A DNA stretch of 64,000 nucleotides from Candidatus Eiseniibacteriota bacterium. GTDB lineage: Bacteria; Eisenbacteria; RBG-16-71-46; SZUA-252. Each line of letters begins with the position of its first letter. Positions within the stretch are counted from its first letter, which is position 1. The notes beneath the pieces were generated by a model. The model made no database searches. It was not told where the DNA came from and saw nothing but the letters and a program-made list of their open reading frames with translations. The translations under genes were made by a program, and so were the position numbers. The stretch covers positions 234 through 64,233 of the forward strand of contig JBBTHR010000028.1 of the NCBI GenBank assembly GCA_038060295.1. The letters run 5' to 3'. Below, piece after piece: positions 1 through 9,841 of this stretch.

Positions 1-1362
1 GAGAGCCCCGAAGCCGTGGCCTACAAGCACGACATCCATCGCGCGCGTGGCGTCACCTGCGCCGACTGCCACGGGGGAGATCCGCACCAGGACGACCAGG
101 ACGCGGCCATGAACAAGGCGAAGGGGTTCATCGGCGTGCCGAAGAAGCAGCGGATCCCGGTGCTCTGCGGCTCCTGCCACGGCGGACAGGACTCCGGATT
201 CGCCGCCCGGTACAAGCTCAAGAACGTGCTCGACGACTATCACGGGAGCGCGCACGAGCGTTCGCTCGACGCGAACGCGAAGGGCGCGCAGTGCGTCTCC
301 TGCCACGGAGTTCACAATATCGTGGCGGTGACCGACTCCCGTTCTCCGGTCCACGCGGGCCGCGTGGTCGACACGTGCGCCAGGTGCCACGGCGACGCCC
401 TCTACATGCGCGATTTCAATCCATCGCTCCCCGTGGATCAGAAGGAGAAGTACCTGACGAGCGTCCATGGGCAGCGGAACGCCAAGGGCGACTGGAAGGT
501 GGCTACCTGCGTCAGCTGCCACTCGAATCACGCGATTCGCCAGGTGAAGGACCCGCGGTCGCCGGTCTATCCGACCCTGATTCCGGCCACCTGCGCCCAC
601 TGCCACGCGAACCAGAAGTACATGGCGGGGTACGACATACCGACGACGCAATTCAAGGACTACAAGGAGAGCGTCCACGGTCTCGCGCTCCTCCAGAAGT
701 CCGATCTGAACGCGCCGGCCTGCAACTCCTGCCACGGGAACCACGGGGCCGCTCCGCCGGGCGTCGCCTCGGTGACCGCGGTCTGCGGCCAGTGCCACCA
801 GTTGAACGAGGAACTCTATCAGCGCTCGGCGCACCAGCCTGTCTTCGCGGAGAAGAAACTCCCGGCGTGCGTGGTCTGCCACGGCAACCACAAGGTGAAG
901 CCGACGTCCGACGCCATGATCGCCTTCGACGAGCCGGCGCCCTGCGCCGCCTGCCACAAGGACGACGCCGGCGACAAGGCGGCACCCGGCATGCGGCGAA
1001 TCCGCGGACTCATCGACAGTCTCACGGTCGGCCAGAAGGAGGCCGAGGCCGTGCTGGCGCGCGCCGAGAATCTGGGCATGGACATCGCCGACGCGCGGTA
1101 CTCGTTGAAGGATGCCCGGCAGGCGCGCGTTCAGTCGCGTGTCGCCATTCATAGTTTCGTGGAGAAGGAGTTCGAGGAGGCGGCCCGGCCCGGCATTCAG
1201 GTCGTGGCCAAAGCGCACGCCGCTGGCGAGGCGGCGATTCACGAGCATCGGTTTCGCCGGCAGGGGCTGGTGGTGTCGACGCTCATCGTCACGTTCGCGG
1301 CTCTCTTGCTGTGGTTGAAGATTCGTCAAATCGAAAGGAGGCAACGAGGTGAAGACGGCTAG
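1..1362 (+). CDS. multiheme c-type cytochrome, membrane anchored (5' end probably cut by window edge)
   Basis: Frame is open from nt 1. Ten CxxCH motifs (CADCH, CGSCH, CVSCH, CARCH, CVSCH, CAHCH, CNSCH, CGQCH, CVVCH, CAACH). C-terminal hydrophobic helix LVVSTLIVTFAALLLWL. TAG stop at 1360-1362. Confidence 0.85.
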   Translation, partial: ESPEAVAYKHDIHRARGVTCADCHGGDPHQDDQDAAMNKAKGFIGVPKKQRIPVLCGSCHGGQDSGFAARYKLKNVLDDYHGSAHERSLDANAKGAQCVSCHGVHNIVAVTDSRSPVHAGRVVDTCARCHGDALYMRDFNPSLPVDQKEKYLTSVHGQRNAKGDWKVATCVSCHSNHAIRQVKDPRSPVYPTLIPATCAHCHANQKYMAGYDIPTTQFKDYKESVHGLALLQKSDLNAPACNSCHGNHGAAPPGVASVTAVCGQCHQLNEELYQRSAHQPVFAEKKLPACVVCHGNHKVKPTSDAMIAFDEPAPCAACHKDDAGDKAAPGMRRIRGLIDSLTVGQKEAEAVLARAENLGMDIADARYSLKDARQARVQSRVAIHSFVEKEFEEAARPGIQVVAKAHAAGEAAIHEHRFRRQGLVVSTLIVTFAALLLWLKIRQIERRQRGEDG

Positions 1363-1945
1363 GCTGAGTTGGATGCTCGTCGCGGCCCTCATCGCCTGGA
1401 GCGGGATCGCCCAGGCGCAGACGGCGACCGCCCCGATGTACGTCGGGGTGAAGCGCTGCAAGACGTGCCACAATCTGGAAAAGGCCGGTGGCCAGTTCGC
1501 CAAATGGACCGAGTCGAAGCACGCGAAGGCGTTCGCGAGCCTCGCGAGCGATTCGGCTCTGGCGATCGCGAAGGAGAAGGGGATCGCCGATCCGCAGAAG
1601 GCCGAAGAGTGCCTCTCGTGCCACGTGACCGGGCATGGCGAGGCGGCCGACAAGTTCAAGGAATCGTTCGTGGCCGCCGATGGCGTCGGCTGCGAGTCGT
1701 GCCATGGAGCGGGCAGTAACTACCTCAAGAAGAAGACAATGGAGGGGCTCCGCGACAAGAGCCTCAAATACGAGGATCACGGGCTCATGATGCCGACCAA
1801 GAAGACCTGCGAGAAGTGCCACAACGAGAAGGCCACCGGCGGGAAGTTCGTCGACTGGGCGGCCGACAGCGCGAAGATCTCCCACGCCATTCCGGCCGGA
1901 TTCAAGCGCGGCGCGGAGGCGGCCGCGGCGCCCGCGGGCGAGTAG
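1349..1945 (+). CDS. tetraheme cytochrome c (cytochrome c554-like), secreted
   Basis: GGAGG 8 nt upstream of GTG 1349. Signal peptide MKTARLSWMLVAALIAWSGIAQAQ. Four CxxCH motifs (CKTCH, CLSCH, CESCH, CEKCH). Overlaps the upstream cytochrome by 14 nt. Confidence 0.85.
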   Translation: MKTARLSWMLVAALIAWSGIAQAQTATAPMYVGVKRCKTCHNLEKAGGQFAKWTESKHAKAFASLASDSALAIAKEKGIADPQKAEECLSCHVTGHGEAADKFKESFVAADGVGCESCHGAGSNYLKKKTMEGLRDKSLKYEDHGLMMPTKKTCEKCHNEKATGGKFVDWAADSAKISHAIPAGFKRGAEAAAAPAGE

Positions 1946-1983
1946 GTCCCGTTCGGACGGCCCTTCGGGGCGGGGAAGCAACG

Positions 1984-2024
1984 CGAGGCGGCCGGCTCTC
2001 ACGAGTCGGCCGCCTCGTTCGTTT
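1984..2024 (+). terminator. rho-independent terminator after the cytochrome pair
   Basis: 11-bp GC stem CGAGGCGGCCG / CGGCCGCCTCG (1984-1994 / 2007-2017), 12-nt loop, followed by TTCGTTT. Confidence 0.6.
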
Positions 2025-2139
2025 CAGCCGCGCCGCGCCGGGGATCCGACCCCCGCTTCCCTCGTTTGCCTCCGGCGCGATTCGCGCTATTCTGACGGGG
2101 CCCCTCGCGACTCCGTGACGCGCGGGACCGACCCCGACC

Positions 2140-2655
2140 ATGACCGAGCCCAAAGATATCCGACTCCTGTCGCCACGCGTCACGCCCAAGGCGGACACGC
2201 CTCCGATGCGGCCACCCCGGCCGCCCATCGGCGTGCCCCTCTTGAACGATGGTCGCTACGCGCTCCCCGAGGGGAACCCGTGCGCCGGCTGCGACCACTG
2301 CTGCCGCTACGTGTCCATCGAGATCCCCACGCCGCGCACGAAGCGGGACTTCGACAACATCCGCTGGTACGTCCTCCACAAGAACGTCTCGGTCTTCGCG
2401 GACTGGGAGGGGAGTTGGATGGTGCAGTTCGACACGCCGTGCGAATGGCTGGTCGAGGGCCGCTGCACGCACTACGAATTCCGCCCCCACATCTGCCGCG
2501 AGTACGATCCCACGGAGTGCGAGCGCTACTGCACAACCCCCGCCGAGAAGATCCTGATTCGAACCGAGCAGGACCTGGAGGGATACTTGGTCGAGCGAGC
2601 CGTGCGGAATGCGGCACGGAAGGCGAAGTTGGAGAAGGCGGCCTGGACGAAGTGA
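2140..2655 (+). CDS. YkgJ-family cysteine-cluster protein (UPF0153, putative Fe-S/Zn binding)
   Basis: CAGCDHCC (CxxCxxCC) motif plus downstream Cys residues (PCEWLVEGRCTHY, HICREY, ECERYC), typical of this family. Confidence 0.7.
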   Translation: MTEPKDIRLLSPRVTPKADTPPMRPPRPPIGVPLLNDGRYALPEGNPCAGCDHCCRYVSIEIPTPRTKRDFDNIRWYVLHKNVSVFADWEGSWMVQFDTPCEWLVEGRCTHYEFRPHICREYDPTECERYCTTPAEKILIRTEQDLEGYLVERAVRNAARKAKLEKAAWTK

Positions 2656-4589
2656 GCCGGCTCGTGTTTGCGCGTGTCGTTTTCGCGTCGGTCATCGTGG
2701 GCCTGAGTCTCGGCGCCAGCCCCGCTCGGAGCGCCGCCGTCGCCGCCGTCGGGCCGGGCGGCCCCGTCTTCGCGACCTCGCCGCCGCCGATCGAGTGGCG
2801 CGAGTGGTCTCGCGAGGCGTTCGACGAGGCCAAGGCGAAGCACAAGCTGGTCCTCCTCGACATCACCGCGACCTGGTGCCACTGGTGCCGGGTGATGGCC
2901 GAGGAGTCCTACGCCGACAGCGCCGCCGTCGCAGAGATCGCCGCCAACTTCATCCCGATCCGCGTCGACTACGACCTCCGTCCCGACATCGGCGACCGCT
3001 ACCTCACGAACGGCTGGCCCACCACCGGAATCCTGAGCGCCAACGGGCATCTCCTTCTCGCCAAGACGTACCTGCCGGCCGTGCCCCTCCGAGAATTCCT
3101 GAACGAAGCCGTTCGTTTCTATCGAGTGAATCGCCAGCAGGTCGATCGCAAGGTCGCGGAGGCGGAGAAGGCCGTGGCGCGGACCTGGCAGCCCGACTCG
3201 CTCCTCCCGCCGACCCTCTCCGAGGAGGAGTACATCGAGCGGAACATCGAGGCGCTGCGCGACTCCGAGGACAAGGAGCACGGCGGCTTCGGCGCGGCGC
3301 CCAAGACGGCGCATTGGGACGCCATCTCCTTCCTGCTTCGGGCGGCCGACGCGCGCCGCGACGACGGACTTCGGGCGCTGGCCGTCCGCGCCACCGCGGC
3401 GGCGTTGGCGCTCCAGGACTCCGTGGACGGCGGCTTCTTCCGCTTCGCGCTCGAGCCCGACTGGACCAAACCGCGCTACGAACGGCTCCTCGACGAGCAG
3501 GCGAAGGCGCTTTCGATCCTGACGCGCGTCTATCGCGCAACGGGGGAGGAGCGGTTCAGGAAGGCGGCGGATCGCGTGGCAGGGTTTGTGGGGAAATTTC
3601 TCCACACCAGAGTCCCTGGCCACGGCGCCGAGGCGAGTGGACTCGGCTGGTACCAGTCGGTGCGACCTGACGTTCGGAGAAGGGATGGCTCCTGGATGGC
3701 CGGAGAGGTCTACTTCCGCCTGAGCCGGGAAGCTCGAGACAGGGCCGGGCCGCTCACGATCTCACGCATCGCAACAGCCGATGCCGCAGCCAGGATGGGT
3801 TCCGCGTTCATGAATTACGATCGCACGATTCAAAGCACCCGCCTGTACAGAAGAGTGCCAGGGAATATCATTCGCCTGATGAGTCAGGCGGGAGGCGGCC
3901 TCTACCATGCGCGCTCAGGCGTGGCGCGCCATGGGTTCGGGCTACTCGCGGACCAGATCCTCGTAGGGGAGGCCCTGCTGGATGCCTATGAAGGCCACGG
4001 GGGGACCGGAATGCTGGCGCGGGCCGATTCGATCGCCACCTGGGTGCGAGCGAATCTCGAGGACCCCGATGGTGGAGGCTTCCGATACGCGCCGCGTGAC
4101 ACGGCGGCCATGGGGCGATTGCGCGCGGGGGATAAGCCGGAGGCAGCGAACGTCGAGGCAGGGCTGTTCTTCTTGCGGCGCTATTGGCTGAACGGCCGCC
4201 AGGAGGATGGGGAGGCCGCCGAGCGGACGGCGCGCCACCTTCAATCGGGGGACAAGATCGTTCTCGACCCGGCCCGTGCGGAACTGGTGCTGCGGCTCCG
4301 ACAGGAACCGGTGAGGCTCCTCGTGATCGGCGGAGCGCGAGAGGCTCGCGTGGGAAGGGCCGCGGAGGAACTTCGAATCGCGGCGCGGAACGCACCGGTC
4401 CCCGAGGTCGTGGTGCGCTTTCTCGATGCGGCTCCTCGGACGAGCGGCCCGATCGCTTGGCCCGACGGACCGCCTCCGAACGCGAAATCCCCGGCCATCT
4501 ACCGCTGGACCGCCACGGGCTGGCGCGGTCCCGTGACCGATCCCAAGAAGCTGGACGAGATCCTCGACAAGCCCATCGCCGAACCGTAG
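2652..4589 (+). CDS. thioredoxin-domain protein, DUF255/YyaL (SSP411-like) family, N-terminal signal/anchor
   Basis: GTG 2652 overlaps the TGA of the upstream gene (GTGA). N-terminal hydrophobic segment. Motif LVLLDITATWCHWCRVMAEESY...FIPIRVDYDLRPDIGDRY is typical of DUF255. The upstream part of ORF 2115-4589 overlaps the YkgJ gene out of frame and was rejected. Confidence 0.8.
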   Translation: MSRLVFARVVFASVIVGLSLGASPARSAAVAAVGPGGPVFATSPPPIEWREWSREAFDEAKAKHKLVLLDITATWCHWCRVMAEESYADSAAVAEIAANFIPIRVDYDLRPDIGDRYLTNGWPTTGILSANGHLLLAKTYLPAVPLREFLNEAVRFYRVNRQQVDRKVAEAEKAVARTWQPDSLLPPTLSEEEYIERNIEALRDSEDKEHGGFGAAPKTAHWDAISFLLRAADARRDDGLRALAVRATAAALALQDSVDGGFFRFALEPDWTKPRYERLLDEQAKALSILTRVYRATGEERFRKAADRVAGFVGKFLHTRVPGHGAEASGLGWYQSVRPDVRRRDGSWMAGEVYFRLSREARDRAGPLTISRIATADAAARMGSAFMNYDRTIQSTRLYRRVPGNIIRLMSQAGGGLYHARSGVARHGFGLLADQILVGEALLDAYEGHGGTGMLARADSIATWVRANLEDPDGGGFRYAPRDTAAMGRLRAGDKPEAANVEAGLFFLRRYWLNGRQEDGEAAERTARHLQSGDKIVLDPARAELVLRLRQEPVRLLVIGGAREARVGRAAEELRIAARNAPVPEVVVRFLDAAPRTSGPIAWPDGPPPNAKSPAIYRWTATGWRGPVTDPKKLDEILDKPIAEP

Positions 4590-4614
4590 TCCCCGCGGGG
4601 CGGTCCGGAAACGC

Positions 4615-5346
4615 TTACGGCCGCGGCTCGATCTCCCGCACCAGCTCCATCGGATTTCCGATCCGAAGCGGCCCGCTCGCCAGATACGCCTGCGCGTACT
4701 TCGTGCCGATCGACCAGCCGTGGGTGCGCGCCGACATCTCGACGACCTCGGCTAGCGACTGCTGGTGGGCCTTGAGTTTCGGCTTCTCGGGATTGCTGAA
4801 CTGCGTCCGATGGACTTCGAGCGCCTGGATCCACGTCTCGAAATAGGGAGTGACGTCGACGACGAAGGTCGGACGGGTTCCGGGCGGGATGTAGTAGAAG
4901 TAGATTGCCCGGGCCTGGTAGGCGTCGCCGGGGACCGGCGCCTTCCGAAGATGCGCGAGATTGAACGCCTGCGCCGCGAGGATTCCCGTCTTCCAGTGAT
5001 CGTTGTGTCCGAGGCCGCGCCCGATCGGAAGGCGGTAGTAGGGCGCGAAGATGATCTGGGGGCGATACTCGCGGATCACGCCTGCCAGCTTGCAGCGGTT
5101 CTCGAACGTGTCCTCGATCCGGCCATCGCCGAGGTCGAGATTCACGCGGATATCGAGCTTCAGAAGTTTCGCCGCCTCGTCGCACTCCGCGACCCGCTCC
5201 TCGGGCGTGCCCCAGCCCATGTCGCCGGTCGTCATGTCGCAGATGCCGGTCGCGTACCCCAAATCTTTCATCTTGAGCAGGAGGCCGCCGGCGCCGATTT
5301 CGGCGTCGTCGGGGTGCGGACCGAAGACGAGGACGTCGAGCTTCAT
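4615..5346 (-). CDS. PIG-L/LmbE-family N-acetylglucosaminyl deacetylase (BshB1-like)
   Basis: MKLDVLVFGPHPDDAEIGAGG (PHPDD-x-E motif) and HNDH. Start ATG at 5346 chosen; the upstream part of the 480-aa ORF is low-complexity and overlaps the next gene. Confidence 0.85.
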   Translation of the reverse strand: MKLDVLVFGPHPDDAEIGAGGLLLKMKDLGYATGICDMTTGDMGWGTPEERVAECDEAAKLLKLDIRVNLDLGDGRIEDTFENRCKLAGVIREYRPQIIFAPYYRLPIGRGLGHNDHWKTGILAAQAFNLAHLRKAPVPGDAYQARAIYFYYIPPGTRPTFVVDVTPYFETWIQALEVHRTQFSNPEKPKLKAHQQSLAEVVEMSARTHGWSIGTKYAQAYLASGPLRIGNPMELVREIEPRP

Positions 5347-5648
5347 TCGGTGTCGGGCTCCTTGGTCTTGAAGAGGTCGTCGAGCTTCATTCGGGCCGAG
5401 TCGGCGCGGCCGCGAGTCGCCCCCGGCCGGCCCGCCGGGTCGAGCTTGAAGTAATCGCAGAAATTCCGCCGCTCCCGGTCGGTGACCCACTCGGCCTGGG
5501 GTTCGCGGCACTTGTTGTGGGCGTGCGGATCGTAATGACGGCACTGAACGCAGGCTCGGAGATCGCGACGGCAGTACGGGCACTCGGTGTCCCGCACGAT
5601 CCTCATCGCCCCCTCCAAAGCCCCACCGCAGAAATAGCAGGCGCTCAC
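5343..5648 (-). CDS. small cysteine-rich (zinc-ribbon-like) protein
   Basis: GGAGGA 6 nt upstream of GTG at 5648. 101 aa with three CxxC pairs (CYFC, CPYC, CVQC) plus 2 further Cys. Its TGA overlaps the ATG of the deacetylase (ATGA). Confidence 0.55.
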   Translation of the reverse strand: MSACYFCGGALEGAMRIVRDTECPYCRRDLRACVQCRHYDPHAHNKCREPQAEWVTDRERRNFCDYFKLDPAGRPGATRGRADSARMKLDDLFKTKEPDTE

Positions 5649-5857
5649 TCTGATTCCTCCGATCGTCCGACCACGTCTGCCGAGCATAGCGACCGCCTCG
5701 CCGGGGCGGCCAGGTCTTTTTCGCCGTCGCCGGCGGCGCCAGGGCACAGTTTTTCTTTGGCTGGTGGGAGGAGCGATGGTATAAGCTGCAGGCTGGGAAA
5801 TTGGTTGTAGGGTCCTCAGCGAAGCCACGGCGCAAAAACTCGAGGCAGGGAGGCCTT

Positions 5858-6205
5858 ATGCCGTCACCAGCCGCCTCAAACACGAAGACCACCATCCGCG
5901 CCCGGGTCAAGGAATTCGGCGTCCCCCCCATCCACGACGGGCTCGTCGTGGGCAAACGCGCCCCGATCGGATGCGCCGCCTTGCGCCAGTGCCTCAAGCT
6001 TCTCGCCCCGAGCGCCTTTGAACACATCGAAATCGAAGACGACGTCATCAGCGACATCCTGGTTCGGCATCAGATCCTCAAGCGGATTCCGCAGGAAACT
6101 CTCATCGCATTCGTGGTCGAGCGGATCAAGCCGCTGATGGGCGACGAAGAGATCCTTCACCTCGATCTGGAAGCCGAGGTGATCTTGGAGGAGGAGCGGA
6201 GGTGA
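5858..6205 (+). CDS. hypothetical protein, first gene of the sensor kinase operon
   Basis: GGGAGG 4 nt upstream of ATG 5858. 115 aa, no recognisable motif. Stop overlaps the GTG of the kinase (GTGA). Confidence 0.45.
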   Translation: MPSPAASNTKTTIRARVKEFGVPPIHDGLVVGKRAPIGCAALRQCLKLLAPSAFEHIEIEDDVISDILVRHQILKRIPQETLIAFVVERIKPLMGDEEILHLDLEAEVILEEERR

Positions 6206-8913
6206 CCGTCCACGGGATGGCCGGGGCCGTCAGCTCCCGGGTGTCCCGCGTCTTCACGGATGATCGGCCCGGGGACTTGGGACAGGAGAGCTTGGGGTCG
6301 GAGGCGTACGCTGTTTTCGAGAGGGGGATACCACCGGACACAGACCGGTTCCTCGGATTGGTCCCCAACCGCATGAGCAGTCGCCATCCCACCCGCATCT
6401 TCGCGGACCTGCTGGACAAACCCGCGCCACCCGCCATCTCGGAGGACACGGCGCTCGAAGATGTTCTCAAGATCATGGACGCGCGCAATCTGGACGCGTT
6501 GTCCGTGATCGACCGAGACACCCAGAGCTTCTTGGGCGCGGTGACGCGGACGAGCCTCCTCTCCGCGTTGCTCAAGCGGCAAGGGGACCTCGTGCGGGAG
6601 TCCCGGTTCCTGAAGGTCGTCGCGGAGCGGGAATCCCGGCGCCTGGACGCGGCGGCGCGTCAGAATCAGGAGTGGTACCGATCCGCCCGGGATCTCCTGA
6701 AGACCCTCGGCCGCCAAGAGGGCTCCGAGCGGGATTTTCTCGAGGAGGGGCTCCATGCGCTCGCGCGAATGCTCGACGCCCGTTACGGCGCGATCGGAGT
6801 CCTGGACGAAGCCGGCAAGATGGTCCAGTTCCTCCACTCGGGATTGACCGAGGAGGAGGCGGCGCGTATCGGAAAACTGCCCGAGGGGCGCGGGCTCCTG
6901 GGTCTCGTCATCAAGGAAAACAGGTCGATCCGACTCGAGGACCTGACCCAGCATCCTGAGTCCCACGGCTTCCCTCCGAACCATCCGCCCATGAAGTCTC
7001 TGCTGGCCGTCCCGATCGCTCATCGCGGCGAGGCATTCGGCAGGATCTATCTTTCCGAGAAGCGATCGGGCGAGCCGTTCACGGAGGACGACCAGGCCCT
7101 CGCCCATGGATTCTCGGGCGCCGTGGCGCTGGAATTGGCCCAGCGGCGGGAACTCGACAGGCGCCGGAAAACCGAGATCGATCTTGGCTCGAAGACGGTT
7201 CAGCTCGAGGCGATCGCAGCGGCGTTGACGACGTTCTTGCGCACGCAGCAGTGCGCGGAAGCTTGCGCCATGCTGCTTTCGGCCGCCCGGGATCACTTAG
7301 CCAGCCCCGACGCGGTGATCGCGGTCCGGCAGGAGGACTCAGCAATGCGTCTCCTCCTCCGATCGCCGGCCCCTCTCACAAGTCCGGACGGCCCCGGAGC
7401 CGCTTCGCCCGCGAGCCCTGAATTGGGCGAGGTGTTGGACGATAGGGAGCGTAGGCTCTGCTCCCTTCTCCGGAGGGTATTGCTCGACGCGCGGCCGGTC
7501 ATCGTGAACCAGCCCACCGCGGAAACGGCCGGCGGCCCGCCCCGTGAGGACTCCGCTCGAATCAGCCGGTTCCTGGGAGTTCCCTTTTTCCAGGAAGGCC
7601 GCGCCATCGGAGTGGTGGCGGTCATGAACCGGTCCGATGAATACACGGAGGGGGACGCGAACGGGGTGCAGATCTTCGTGGACGCGGTGGGGATGCTCTA
7701 CGATGGCGAATTGCGGAGAGCGCGGGAATCGTGTCTCGAGACGGACCTGCGTCAGGCGCAGAAGATGGACGCCGTCGGCAAGCTCGCCGGTGGCATCGCC
7801 CACGACTTCAACAACCTCCTCACGGTGATTCTGGGATATGGCCAGATGGCGCTCAACCGGCTCGAATCCACGGATCCGGCTTCAGAGGATATGCAAGAGG
7901 TCGTCAAGTCAGCGGTGCGAGCGTCCGATCTGACTCGGCGACTGCTGACTTTCAGCCGGCGCCAGGACGCGAAGCCCACGCTCCTCGACCTGAACGCGGT
8001 CATCGCGAACATGGACGGCATGCTCCGGCTGCTCATGGATAAAGACATCAAGATTTGCGTCACCGGGGCGCCGAATCTCTGGCCCGTGAAGGCGGATCTG
8101 CCCCAACTGGAGCAGGCCATCCTGAACGTCTGCTTGAACGCCCGCGATGCCATGCCGAACGGCGGGATCATCCGACTCCAGACGGAGAACATCGTGCTGA
8201 CGCCCGAGTACGCTTCTCCCGAAACCGGCGCTCCTCCGGGTCGCTACGTCCTTCTGAGCATCGCGGACAACGGCGTCGGCATGCCGCCGGAAATCCTGGA
8301 GCGGATCTTCGAGCCGTTCTTTACGACAAAGGAGCCGGGAAGGGGAACGGGACTCGGGCTCTCGACGACGTACGGGAGTCTACGGCAAAGCGGCGGTCAC
8401 ATCAGGGTGAGCAGCGAAATCGGGAAGGGCACGACGTTCCGACTTTACTTCCCCAGGGCCGAGGCTGATGTGGGGGAGCGCACCCAGGGAAGCACGAGGA
8501 CGAAGGCCGATCATGGCACCGAGACAGTCCTGATCGTGGAAGACGATCAGGAAATCCGGAAGATAGCAAGAGCGGTCCTCGAGCCGAGAGGCTACAAGGT
8601 AATGGAGGCCCCCGACGGCGAGAGCGCGATGCGCATTTTGCAGGAGTCGACCGGACCGATCGACCTCCTCCTGATCGACGTCATCATGCCCGGACTGAGC
8701 GGCACCGACCTGGCGAAGACGGCCGCCAAGCTTCGGCCCTCCACGAAGATCATGCTCATGTCGGGCTACCCGGGGGACGCGCTGTTCCAACCGGGGGAGC
8801 TGCCGAGCGAGATCCGATTCCTGCAAAAACCGTTCACGATCGAAGGCCTCGCGCGAATGGCACGCGAGACGCTTGACGCCATTGGGACCACCCCGCCATC
8901 GGAGGAAGTGTGA
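6202..8913 (+). CDS. hybrid sensor histidine kinase (CBS-like, two GAF-like regions, HisKA, HATPase_c, receiver)
   Basis: H-box [17 protein letters not shown]. ATPase G-boxes DNGVGMP and [10 protein letters not shown]-terminal receiver VLIVEDD...[14 protein letters not shown]...LMSGY. GAF-like block [16 protein letters not shown]...[20 protein letters not shown]. Confidence 0.9.
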   Translation: MTVHGMAGAVSSRVSRVFTDDRPGDLGQESLGSEAYAVFERGIPPDTDRFLGLVPNRMSSRHPTRIFADLLDKPAPPAISEDTALEDVLKIMDARNLDALSVIDRDTQSFLGAVTRTSLLSALLKRQGDLVRESRFLKVVAERESRRLDAAARQNQEWYRSARDLLKTLGRQEGSERDFLEEGLHALARMLDARYGAIGVLDEAGKMVQFLHSGLTEEEAARIGKLPEGRGLLGLVIKENRSIRLEDLTQHPESHGFPPNHPPMKSLLAVPIAHRGEAFGRIYLSEKRSGEPFTEDDQALAHGFSGAVALELAQRRELDRRRKTEIDLGSKTVQLEAIAAALTTFLRTQQCAEACAMLLSAARDHLASPDAVIAVRQEDSAMRLLLRSPAPLTSPDGPGAASPASPELGEVLDDRERRLCSLLRRVLLDARPVIVNQPTAETAGGPPREDSARISRFLGVPFFQEGRAIGVVAVMNRSDEYTEGDANGVQIFVDAVGMLYDGELRRARESCLETDLRQAQKMDAVGKLAGGIAHDFNNLLTVILGYGQMALNRLESTDPASEDMQEVVKSAVRASDLTRRLLTFSRRQDAKPTLLDLNAVIANMDGMLRLLMDKDIKICVTGAPNLWPVKADLPQLEQAILNVCLNARDAMPNGGIIRLQTENIVLTPEYASPETGAPPGRYVLLSIADNGVGMPPEILERIFEPFFTTKEPGRGTGLGLSTTYGSLRQSGGHIRVSSEIGKGTTFRLYFPRAEADVGERTQGSTRTKADHGTETVLIVEDDQEIRKIARAVLEPRGYKVMEAPDGESAMRILQESTGPIDLLLIDVIMPGLSGTDLAKTAAKLRPSTKIMLMSGYPGDALFQPGELPSEIRFLQKPFTIEGLARMARETLDAIGTTPPSEEV

Positions 8914-9761
8914 TGGTTCCAATTCCCGAAACGCTGCTCGAAGCCCCGCGAGCGGAACGCGAAGCGATCGGCCGCCTGTGGTGGAAGATCGCGCCCGCGG
9001 CTCTCGCCGGGATCTTTCTGGCCGAGCTTTTCGTCATGCGGGTGCTGGGCGGCTTGGGGCTCATGGGCGCGGGACTAGGGGTCGCTCTTCTCGACTCGTT
9101 CCTTCTCACCCTGCTGATTCTTCCGGGCCTCTACTTCGTCGTCCTCCGCCCCGTCGCTCGACTGTCGGCGACCCTGTCGACGGTTTCGGCCGACGCCCGC
9201 TTCCGCACCGTGGTCGAAGCGGCGACGGATGGCATCATCGTGGGAGATCTGCGGGGCCGAATCCGGTTCGCGAATCCTGCCGCCTACCGGATGCTGGGCT
9301 ACGCGCCCGGGGAGATGGATGACATGCCGATCGCGACGATTGTTCCCGATGATCTGCGTGAGCGGCACGAGCAGGGAATGAACCAATTCTTGAAGAGTGG
9401 AGAAGGGAAGGTCGTGGGGGGTGGTCCCGTGGAGCTCAAGGCGCGGGCGAAGAACGGAGCGAGCATCCCCGTCGAGATCATGCTCAGCGCTCCCACGCTG
9501 CGCAAAGAAGGATTGATGGTGGCGGTCGTGCGCGACCTCCGCCAGAGCAGGCGGCTGGGGCTCTACGAGGCCCTTCTCCCGGTGTGCTGCGGCTGCGGAC
9601 GCATCCGGGATGACAGCGGGACGGAGCAGGGGAAAGGGGCATGGAGCAGCCTCGAGGATTATGTCGAGCGGCACGCCTCGACCCGCTTCAGTCACGGATA
9701 CTGCGCCGGTTGCGCCGCCGAGTACCGCCGCAAGGAGGGACTGGCGGTCCAGGGCGCTTGA
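8913..9761 (+). CDS. membrane-anchored PAS-domain protein with Cys-rich C-terminal module
   Basis: GGAGGAAG upstream. ATG 8913 overlaps the kinase stop (TGATG); GTG 8910 is an alternative start. Two N-terminal TM helices. PAS block FRTVVEAATDGIIVGDLRGRIRFANPAAYRMLGY. C-terminal LPVCCGCGRIRDD...FSHGYCAGC. Confidence 0.8.
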   Translation: MVPIPETLLEAPRAEREAIGRLWWKIAPAALAGIFLAELFVMRVLGGLGLMGAGLGVALLDSFLLTLLILPGLYFVVLRPVARLSATLSTVSADARFRTVVEAATDGIIVGDLRGRIRFANPAAYRMLGYAPGEMDDMPIATIVPDDLRERHEQGMNQFLKSGEGKVVGGGPVELKARAKNGASIPVEIMLSAPTLRKEGLMVAVVRDLRQSRRLGLYEALLPVCCGCGRIRDDSGTEQGKGAWSSLEDYVERHASTRFSHGYCAGCAAEYRRKEGLAVQGA

Positions 9762-9841
9762 CAGCGGGCGGGGCGAGGCCGATCATCGGGCACGAATGTC
9801 GTCGTTTCCCGATCCTCGGTACCACTAGGGGGAGGCCCTTC

